DNA of 63,546 nucleotides, counting the filler, from Octopus bimaculoides (Eukaryota), in the NCBI RefSeq assembly GCF_001194135.2. It is 7 parts of 7 records of this genome, joined end to end, with 100 filler letters (N's around TTAATTAATTAA, not from the genome) between each part and the next. Parts side by side here need not be neighbours in the genome. Positions count along the whole stretch, not along the records: positions 48,802 to 55,520 come from NC_069002.1; positions 55,621 to 60,924 come from NC_068983.1; positions 61,025 to 62,193 come from NW_026340141.1; positions 62,294 to 63,546 come from NC_068991.1; 3 more parts are not named here. One strand, 5' to 3'. The notes under the pieces were generated by a model. That model was given only the letters and a program-made list of their open reading frames with translations, was not told where the DNA came from and did no database searches. A program made the translations under genes and the position numbers. This document shows, one piece after another, positions 53,451 through 63,546 of the stretch (its first letter is position 1; each line of letters starts with the position of its first letter).

Positions 53451-53939
53451 AGATCTCGCTTTGAGTACTGATGGATCCCCAAACGCATTGTTTCGACCTC
53501 ATTTGGTCTCCTCAGTGACGAATACTCCGGTCATTGGGAAGTGACCCGCCGAAAATACTTTATCTGATATGGAAATCGGTAGACAGAACATTTATTGATT
53601 TGTGGAAAAGTTAGTCAAACTGGAATTACACATATCTGTCTGTGTGTATGTTTATATATGGGTATGTATATATATATATATATNNNNNNNNNNNTATATA
53701 TGGGCATATATATTGTTTTTGGTGATGATGCAACAATTGTAGTAACTTTTTTTATGATGGTAGGTTAATAAAGGAGCGTTTGTCATACGCTGCTAAAATC
53801 CTTGACCTTGCCATTAGCTTGAAGAAACCAGAAGTCATTCACGAATCGAAGATAACCTTTAGTCAAAAGAAATGAATAAATTTCGCTCAGCCTGTCGTTA
53901 TTTTTCCAGTAAAGCGTTCAGATGTGAGTGATTATGAGT

Positions 53940-54420
53940 TTAAATATGTGACATCATTTCCATACTTGGGTAGCGGAATTCATACCGGTGCTTCCCATGA
54001 CGGTGAAATCGCTAAGAGAATAGCAAAATTAACAGCTCACTCTGGTAATTTGGTAGAATACAGCACCGCGCGTAGAACTAAGGGGTTATTTTAAAGATTA
54101 AACTGATGTCCGCTTAACTACAGCACTTACTACGTTGCATTACAGATCTGATGCCTGGTAGCCTTGTACGTCACATACAAGAGAGTTAGATATCTTCTCT
54201 GATTGTTGTTTGTGTAAATGTTTCTTATACTGATATCTTCAAGAAGTGCAGCAGTTTAAGAATGGAAGCTTGTGTTACCCAATCTCAGCTTCGATGGAGT
54301 GGTCATGTAATCTCGATGGGTAAAACATGCCTATCCAATGTTCTTCAATACAACCAATTATATTACGGTGCGCAAACTTCTGAGAGATCACACTCACGAT
54401 GTAATGAAGAATTAAGATCG
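53940..54420 (+). mobile_element. decayed RTE-like LINE fragment
   Basis: VTSFPYLGSGI...DGEIAKRIAK matches the F.YLGS...D.EI..RI.KA motif. Confidence 0.5.
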
Positions 54421-54876
54421 AAATGCTACTTCGAGTAAATGGAGCACAAATAGTTTTTACGAAGAAAACTATGCACTAATGTTGTACGAGATTTTCAGTC
54501 TACAAGTTTTCGTGAGAAAAACCAAAATAACAATATTATTTCTTATTTATTTGCTCTGTTCGTACAACGATTTGTGACGAATGTGGCTGAGTTTGTCTCT
54601 CTAAAGCTGAAGCAATGTTTCGCCGTAGATACAAGAAAAATTGTACTGAAATTGTCGGCGGTGTCTTATTACAGGAAGAGAGAAAGATGATAATAACTAC
54701 AACGAAGGGGAGATTTTGAAAGGAAAAAATGCACTTTTTCTTAATAAAGTATGTTCACAATCATCCTAAGAAACTTGAGAAAATTATTGTAATTGATTTT
54801 CTCACGTTCCCTTGAACATGAAAAAACTACGGAGCAGAAACTATGTGGGGGTGGAGTATGCGTATGTGTTTCTTTG

Positions 54877-54910
<34 letters not shown>

Positions 54911-55060
54911 AATATACATATATATAGATAGTTACATATATACATATATACGTATATTCACACGCACAAGTACACAAGAACACATACACGTTTATATATA
55001 CATATAAATATATATATGTATGTTATATATATATTATATATATATATATGTCATATATAT

Positions 55061-55189
<129 letters not shown>

Positions 55190-55246
55190 TCACATACATA
55201 TGGCTATATAGGTTGGTATAAATACAGATGTTGGTATATTTATATC

Positions 55247-55346
<100 letters not shown>

Positions 55347-55520
55347 TGTATACATACGTGTGTTTGTGTGTGTATGTGTATCAAATATTAATACTAGTTT
55401 ACCAGTTGCCAATATCAATTAGTGGAGTCAAGGCGAACAAATCGCCAGGAATAAATATATGTTTATGAAGTTAATGGTTAGTGACAAACTGCAATATATA
55501 TATATATATATATATATATA

Positions 55521-55620
55521 NNNNNNNNNNNNNNNNNNNNNNNNNNNNNNNNNNNNNNNNNNNNTTAATTAATTAANNNNNNNNNNNNNNNNNNNNNNNN
55601 NNNNNNNNNNNNNNNNNNNN
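55521..55620. other. artificial scaffold-join spacer
   Basis: N44-TTAATTAATTAA-N44. Confidence 0.95.
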
Positions 55621-55964
55621 ATTATATTTACCTTTACAATTGAAAAAATGATACTATTGTATATATGTTTTAAATACAGATTTTGTTCAAACTTGGAAAT
55701 TTTGTTTGCACTTAGAAGTAACAAAGGATTTATAACAGTATATCTGTTACAAATTAATGTTTTTTTAAACAATTTTCATTATAAAATAATGTTATATTCT
55801 AATCAAATAATTATTAATTAGTTCTTTTAATAATTGAAATTTTTATTTTTATGCGCTTTTAATAAGTACATATTTTAATATATAAACAGAACAATAAAAG
55901 TAAATAGGAAATCGCAAAAAATCATAACTTATTGTAATACTTAATATTTTGGGTGTTCTCCAAA

Positions 55965-57610
55965 ATATTCATCTCGATGAACTCTTTCATTTGAGTTAAA
56001 ATAATATTTTCTCTTAAAAAGACAAATTATTTTCATCTCTTAAAATGATCACTTTTTTCGTCACCTAAATCCAACTAACTTTTTCTGTAGTCAATAAGAT
56101 TCTTCTCATGAAGCCCTTTCCTCTGAAATAAACATCGAACGCAGAATAGTTGTGAAAACAGCTTAGATGATAGGCTAAATACTTTCGAAAACAGATAAAA
56201 AGTAACCTGCAAGACGCTACAGAGTATCGAAACTCGTACCTTTCAGACTCCGACTCCATAAAGCTAAGCGGTCCATAAATTCAGGTACCGTCTTTCATAA
56301 TGCTAAATATCTTAAAATGCAAAAATATTTTGTTAAACCGATCAGCTTTTTTGAATACTTAAAGCTATACTACTTCTGTAGCAATTTTTTTCTTTTTGAC
56401 AAATTTCTTACCATAAGTTTCATCTCATAGAACTCTTTCATTTGAACACAATTATTATAGTTTTCTTTTACAATAACTGAGATATTTTGATTCGAAGTCA
56501 GTTTTTGGGGTTCATTGCCGTACTTTTCGTCAATTAAAGCCGCACCTACATTTTTTGTAGCTAATACATTTTAACGATATTTTTACCAAAGATTCTTCTC
56601 AAAGAGCATATTCTTTTAAACTCAATTAATATATATTTTTCTTTTAAAACAGTTGTGATATTTTTCTTCAAATTCAACATTTCGCATTTCTCTCCTATTT
56701 GTGACCTTACATATTTTGATTTAACTATTTTTTAATGATACAAATTTCAGTTATTTTATCTCAAAATTATTTTATCCTAAGACTGGACAATCATTGCTAA
56801 AAGACAGCATTCGACTTGGTTGAGAACGGAATTAGTAATGAAGCCTAGAAGTGCTCACGAATAACTAAAAGTTGACTTTAATATATTCACCTATTACTGT
56901 AGCTGAATGATAAAGAAATGGCATTAAATTTGGTTGAGAACTAAATTAATCACAAAGCCTAGACGAGCTTGTGATTAAAATTTGACCATAAGAAAACTCT
57001 GAAGGTACTTTACAAAAAAATAAAGAAAACTTCGAACGCAGAATAGCAGCGAAAACAGCTTAAATTGACTAAATAACCTTAGAAAAAGAAAGTGGCTGGC
57101 AGGCTGATACAAAGAATAGAACCCAGCACCTCCAAAACTTCAGTTAAATGTTCTGTACAATTAAGCAAAGTGACCCATGAAATCAGTTACCGTCTTTTAT
57201 AACGTTGAATATCATAAAAGGTCTAATTTGGTTAGATTTGTTAAAACTATAACCACTTTTTTCGTCACATAAGGCAACACAATATTTTTCTAGCTAACAT
57301 TTTTTGACAAGGTTTTTGCCACAAGATTCATCTCATAGAGCTCTTTCATTTGAACACAATTATTGCAGAGTTTACTTTTACAATCGCTGAAATATTTTGA
57401 TTCAAAGTAAATTCTGGGGGTTACGATTTTTTTTCGTCACTTGAAGCCACACTACATTTTTCGGAGCTAATACGAGGTTTTCACGAAAAGATTCTTCTCA
57501 ATGAGCACATTCTTTTAAACCTAATTCATAAATATTTTCTTTTAAAATAACATATTTTGATTCAAATTCTCACATTTTTGACCTCACATATTTTGATCTA
57601 ACTATTTCCA
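55965..57610. repeat. diverged ~900-bp direct duplication built from shorter subrepeats
   Basis: TCGAACGCAGAATAG at 56135 and 57032; CATCTCATAGA.CTCTTTCATTTGAACACAATTATT at 56421 and 57329; recurring AAGATTC[AT]TCTC and TTTTTCGTCA. Confidence 0.75.
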
Positions 57611-57611
57611 A

Positions 57612-57644
<33 letters not shown>

Positions 57645-57958
57645 NNNNNNNNNNNNNNNNNNNNNNNNNNNNNNNNNNNNNNNNNNNNNNNNNNNNNNNN
57701 NNNNNNNNNNNNNNNNNNNNNNNNNNNNNNNNNNNNNNNNNNNNNNNNNNNNNNNNNNNNNNNNNNNNNNNNNNNNNNNNNNNNNNNNNNNNNNNNNNNN
57801 NNNNNNNNNNNNNNNNNNNNNNNNNNNNNNNNNNNNNNNNNNNNNNNNNNNNNNNNNNNNNNNNNNNNNNNNNNNNNNNNNNNNNNNNNNNNNNNNNNNN
57901 NNNNNNNNNNNNNNNNNNNNNNNNNNNNNNNNTAGATAGATAGATAGATAGCTATCTG

Positions 57959-58013
<55 letters not shown>

Positions 58014-59434
58014 GTCTATTTATATATATATGTATGTATGTATATATATATATGACTGTATATAAATATATTTATATATATATGTATGTATATGTATATA
58101 TATATATACGTATATATAATATAAATAACATGTATATAAGCATATATACACACATATATGTACATACCTACATATATATGTATATATGCATGCATATATA
58201 GGTACAGGACGTAAAAAAAAACGTGAACAAAATGAAAAACGAGAACATAAAAAACAAAAACATGCAACATGAACTTTTTTCATACACACTGAGGAAAGAG
58301 ATATATATTATAATGATACGTGTTTGATGTATATATGTATATTCTATGTATGTTATAATGTTATATATATATATATATATNNNNNNNNNNNNNNNNNNNN
58401 NNNNNNNNNNNNNNNNNNNNNNNNNNNNNNNNNNNNNNNNNNNNNNNNNNNNNNNNNNNNNNNNNNNNNNNNNNNNNNNNNNNNNNNNNNNNNNNNNNNN
58501 NNNNNNNNNNNNNNNNNNNNNNNNNNNNNNNNNNNNNNNNNNNNNNNNNNNNNNNNNNNNNNNNNNNNNNNNNNNNNNNNNNNNNNNNNNNNNNNNNNNN
58601 NNNNNNNNNNNNNNNNNNNNNNNNNNNNNNNNNNNNNNNNNNNNNNNNNNNNNNNNNNNNNNNNNNNNNNNNNNNNNNNNNNNNNNNNNNNNNNNNNNNN
58701 NNNNNNNNNNNNNNNNNNNNNNNNNNNNNNNNNNNNNNNNNNNNNNNNNNNNNNNNNNNNNNNNNNNNNNNNNNNNNNNNNNNNNNNNNNNNNNNNNNNN
58801 NNNNNNNNNNNNNNNNNNNNNNNNNNNNNNNNNNNNNNNNNNNNNNNNNNNNNNNNNNNNNNNNNNNNNNNNNNNNNNNNNNNNNNNNNNNNNNNNNNNN
58901 NNNNNNNNNNNNNNNNNNNNNNNNNNNNNNNNNNNNNNNNNNNNNNNNNNNNNNNNNNNNNNNNNNNNNNNNNNNNNNNNNNNNNNNNNNNNNNNNNNNN
59001 NNNNNNNNNNNNNNNNNNNNNNNNNNNNNNNNNNNNNNNNNNNNNNNNNNNNNNNNNNNNNNNNNNNNNNNNNNNNNNNNNNNNNNNNNNNNNNNNNNNN
59101 NNNNNNNNNNNNNNNNNNNNNNNNNNNNNNNNNNNNNNNNNNNNNNNNNNNNNNNNNNNNNNNNNNNNNNNNNNNNNNNNNNNNNNNNNNNNNNNNNNNN
59201 NNNNNNNNNNNNNNNNNNNNNNNNNNNNNNNNNNNNNNNNNNNNNNNNNNNNNNNNNNNNNNNNNNNNNNNNNNNNNNNNNNNNNNNNNNNNNNNNNNNN
59301 NNNNNNNATATATATATATATATACATATATATGTATATATATATGTAATGTGTTTTCTGAAAAGCCATTGAACCATGGAATGTAATTATAGTAAAGAGT
59401 TACATTTGCTAAGAAGAAATTTATGACGTCTTAC

Positions 59435-59519
59435 CTCACCGTCGACTCTCTCAGAACTAATTTCTATACGAACACCTGATTCAATTAAATTTCGTTCAAC
59501 CAATCTGGTCACTTCAATT
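59435..59519 (-). CDS. candidate internal exon (85 nt, phase 2 to 0), IEVTRLVERNLIESGVRIEISSERVDGE
   Basis: Acceptor TTTATTCAG, donor GAG|GTAAGA, protein-like composition. No homology recognised. Confidence 0.45.
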
Positions 59520-59851
59520 CTGAATAAATTGTAATTTTTTTTATTGTATGATATACGGTACGAGTGTATAGTTATGCATTTGCGCATACATAATTACGTC
59601 ATTGTGTGCGTAAAGAATGCTTTGTGTGTGTTTGGTGGGATGGGTATGTTTATGAGTAAATATGTTTGCACATATGTGTGTCGATATCTGTGTGTTTATG
59701 TGTGTGCATGTGTGTGTACGTGTGAGGGTATCTGTGTTTGTGCATATTTATGTCTATTTGAGCATGACTGGGTATCTATGTTTCAACTGTATTTAGTTAC
59801 TGGTATGTGTGTACGTGCATGTGTGCACGATTGTAAGTATATTTGTATGAG

Positions 59852-60760
59852 TTGGGTCATCCCATAAATTATGCGTTTTTTATACTTCTTTTATTCTTCC
59901 AAACTTAAGTTAAACAAAGTTCTTTTTCGATCTAAAATATATTCTCTTCCATTTTCTACCATGCTCTTCCATCTACCTGATAAACTTGCAAGGCCCCTAT
60001 TCCAAAATTCACTTTCCCGTGACGAAAAATACGGCTCCAGTACTGTTCTGATCTCGTCTACAGAATTCATATTTTTTCCGCCCAAACGATTTTGAAGACT
60101 GCAGAATAAATGATAATTAGATGGGGCAATGTCCATGGAATATAGTGGGTGGGGCGTCGTTTCCCACTTAAACTGCTCCAGCCTTTAGAATGTCATTCTC
60201 GCTGTAGGTGGCCGAGTATTAATCCTGATGGAAGAACACCTTTCGTCTCGAAACTAAAGATGGTTATTTTTTCTTTTAGTGTATGTGTCGATGAATGGTT
60301 GAATGAACAAATCCAAGCTTCTCTGTTAGTTCCTCAACAGTTACGATGAGATTTTGTTCCACTAGGATTTGCAGGATGTCCTCGTCGAGCTCTACAGATC
60401 GTTCAGGACGAGGTTCGTCTTCTAGGCTGTAGTTTCCGGCTCGGAGTTTCTGGAACCACCGTTGACACTGGCTTATGCTTATTGTCCGATTCCCATATAC
60501 TGCATTGATATTCTTCTCATTTTCTGTTGCGTTGTTGCTTTTATTGGACTCATGAAGCAAAATATACTGAATATGCTCCTTTGCAACTTCCATGTGAAAA
60601 TATAACTGTTAAAATCGAACCGCACACGACAACACAAGAAAAAAACGAGGAAAAAACATTATTTCCCGCCGAAATCGAGTTGAGTGTTAAACTATACATT
60701 TACCAAAAATTTCCACCATCAGCTGCTATTTCTGAACTTCGGTATGTGGTGAAGCAACTG
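59852..60760 (-). mobile_element. internally deleted mariner (DD34D-type) element
   Basis: N-terminus MEVAKEHIQYILLHE...QRWFQKLRAGNYSLEDEPR and C-terminus HPLYSMDIAPSNYHLF...LSGRWKSMVENGREY. The WVPHEL and first-D region is missing. One TIR, TTGGGTCATCCCATAA. Confidence 0.9.
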
Positions 60761-60924
60761 TTGCTGATCCCTTAATTATGTTTATAAATGTATAAGAACT
60801 TTTAAATAAGTTCTTCACCGATAATGGTGTTTACATACCGAAGGACTTGGTAAAAATTATTAATTATTAATTTATTAATAAATTAATAAATTGATAATCC
60901 TTTACCCTTTTAATTGTAATATAT

Positions 60925-61024
60925 NNNNNNNNNNNNNNNNNNNNNNNNNNNNNNNNNNNNNNNNNNNNTTAATTAATTAANNNNNNNNNNNNNNNNNNNN
61001 NNNNNNNNNNNNNNNNNNNNNNNN
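60925..61024. other. artificial scaffold-join spacer
   Basis: N44-TTAATTAATTAA-N44. Confidence 0.95.
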
Positions 61025-62193
61025 CCCCCAGTCTTGCTGATTGACTTATAAAGCACATACCTCAGCAACAGCCAACAAACTGCTCCGCAAATGACCGAAA
61101 CACGTACTCACGCGCTTTATATAGTCGGGGATATATACATCCGGTTTATATAATTACAACATTAGACTATATAAAAACTTTGATACAAACGAAACGAAAC
61201 TAGTCCGTCTCCCTTCCCGTCACACTAATAACTATCGGAAGGAAAAAAAAAAGTTGCAACAAATATTGTTTATTTATATACATGTAAACAATACTTGATT
61301 TATAAACTTTTAAAAGTTATTCTTAGAATGTGAAAACAAAGCAAGTATATTATTAAGATTATATGTTTAAAACACAATTATATATCTGATGAGTTGACAA
61401 GATTTCCCTTTCGCTCGTAATCGGTGAACAAGAGAACAAAAAAAAGCCAACAACAAAGGCCGAGAAATAAACAAATAAAGCTCATGCAACAAGTATTTAG
61501 CAGAAGTGTGATGTGATGATGAAGTATCGATCTTTTAGCAACCATTTCGGGTTTTGTATGAGCACCTGTCAAGGCAGCGAGTTTACAATTAAACCAAGCA
61601 TAGCATGAGTAGATCTACTGCTGGGTTCTACTCACTATGGATATGTTATTACCCCATAGGATGGGATTTTACAAATAGAAGAGGAAATAACAGCGGTCAG
61701 CCGTAGGTAAGATTGTTGAGCAGACAGCCTTTCTATTCATTTACCGATTTTATCCACTTCTTTCGTATGAAAAAAAGGGATTGATATGTTTCATCCCAGC
61801 TTCTCATCTCATGTTTAACGCACACACAGACACTATTTCTCTGTTTCTCTCTCTCTCTCTCTGACGCACACACATTCACACACACATACACGCATAGACA
61901 GACACAGACAAACGCTTTATTCTTCCTTTCTCTTTCTCTCTGTCTCTTTATTATTTACGAGTCACTTTTCCAACTCAAAGATTTGTTTTGTTTCCACAAA
62001 GATAAACGAAATCGAACATTTTAATATAGTGTAACAACCAATAAGTCTCATCAATGTGTTGTCTTTGTTTAATATCTAAACCCTCTTAAAACCTAGATCT
62101 ATTTACAATAAAGCGAAGTCCGGCAGGCATTATTAACCATCTCAGTTATAAATCAATATATTTATCATCTGTTGTGTATAGACTTTCTTTGGC

Positions 62194-62293
62194 NNNNNNN
62201 NNNNNNNNNNNNNNNNNNNNNNNNNNNNNNNNNNNNNTTAATTAATTAANNNNNNNNNNNNNNNNNNNNNNNNNNNNNNNNNNNNNNNNNNNN
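62194..62293. other. artificial scaffold-join spacer
   Basis: N44-TTAATTAATTAA-N44. Confidence 0.95.
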
Positions 62294-62340
62294 AGCTTGC
62301 TAATTAGTAAAGCGACATCTATCTATATTTCACATATACA

Positions 62341-62390
62341 CTCTCTCTCGCCCTCTCTCGCCCTCTCTCGCCCTCTCTCGCCCTCTCTCG
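62341..62390. repeat. 10-bp tandem repeat (CCCTCTCTCG)x5
   Basis: Read directly. Confidence 0.95.
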
Positions 62391-63103
62391 CTGCAACCTC
62401 GCATTGTAGTGAAAGTATATAAATATTACATGGAAAAATGCGAGCAAGAGAAATAATATTCTTAAGATTATAAAACTAGAAAAGTACAGGACAAGTTATT
62501 ACACTTGGAAGAGTTCAGGACAAGTTATTTCATTTGGTAAAGTACAGAACAAGAAAATTCTTACTTAAAATATTGCAGCTAAGGATAAAATTTCAAATGA
62601 AATATTTAGATTTAGAAAATATTAGCTTTTATTAAAACTAAAATTTCATAACAAGTCATTACTTCTATTTGATATTACTTGTTACTTCTATTAAAAATTA
62701 AAAAAAAGACAACTCAAAATATTTTTTGCATTTTAAAAAATTAATTATTTTTGATTATTAATTAATAATTAGAATTTTGAAAATAGGTTATAAAAATAAT
62801 AGTAGCACATAATTAGTTAGTACAATGAATAGAGCAATTCTAAAATTAGTTGTATATTATAGTAAAATCTACCTATAACAACAAATTCACAGTAAAATTT
62901 ACTTGAGTTATTGCCAAAGTTATTGTCAAATCTTCACATTTTTAGTCATCACTCAATACTCAATGTATGCATGTATGTATGTATGTATGTATGCATGTAA
63001 GTATGTATGTATGTATGGAGGCGTGTATATGTGTATGGATAATTTGCTTTGGCGCGTGTATGTTTGTTTTTGTGTGCATGTATAGAAGTGTGAGAAAGTG
63101 AGT

Positions 63104-63205
<102 letters not shown>

Positions 63206-63488
63206 GACAGACTGAAGAAAGCAGAGAGACAGGCTGACAGAAGAAATTGTGTATGTCTGATCCTTTCAAATTTGTGGTGGTGATAGTGGTGATGACGGTG
63301 GCGGCGAGGGTATTGGTGGCGAAGACTCAGTAACCCCGCCCTTCTCCCCACCGTCAGCAGTCTGTCCCTTGTTGTTGAAGTGTATAAGAAGTACTACTTA
63401 ACCTTTTTGCCCTCCTTCTCATATCACACCCCATTCAAAAACCCTTACCCATTCCCTCCCTTCCTCTCTTTCCTTCACATCTACACAC

Positions 63489-63546
<58 letters not shown>

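Noticed and set aside
61660-61706. Exon-like segment ending TAG|GTAAGA (DGILQIEEEITAVSR)
   Set aside because: Weak acceptor, isolated between two scaffold spacers, no homology.

Overview
AT-rich eukaryotic non-coding DNA, dense in microsatellites, with many N gaps. The SINE families and repeat landscape look like an octopus (coleoid cephalopod) genome; that is an inference from recalled repeat sequences, not a database result. I see no complete protein-coding gene, rRNA, true tRNA gene or CRISPR array, and almost every ORF in the supplied track is translated microsatellite or N gap. The window holds decayed mobile elements: four Tc1/mariner copies (DD36E, DD34D x2, DD41D), RTE and R4/Dong LINE fragments, Penelope-like (PLE) pieces, two tRNA-headed SINE families and a Helitron-like end. 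It also has a few short candidate exons on both strands that I cannot assign to a gene. Six 100-bp N44-TTAATTAATTAA-N44 spacers are artificial scaffold joins. Best leads: (1) a near-complete type I hammerhead ribozyme at 2833-2906 (minus), among several PLE-like termini abutting (TA)n; (2) a 2.6-kb cluster of five nested inverted-repeat structures at 29.8-32.4 kb; (3) an R4/Dong LINE with 5' and 3' ends fused and the RT deleted; (4) a DD36E Tc1. I did not find convincing evidence of a wholly new biological system.
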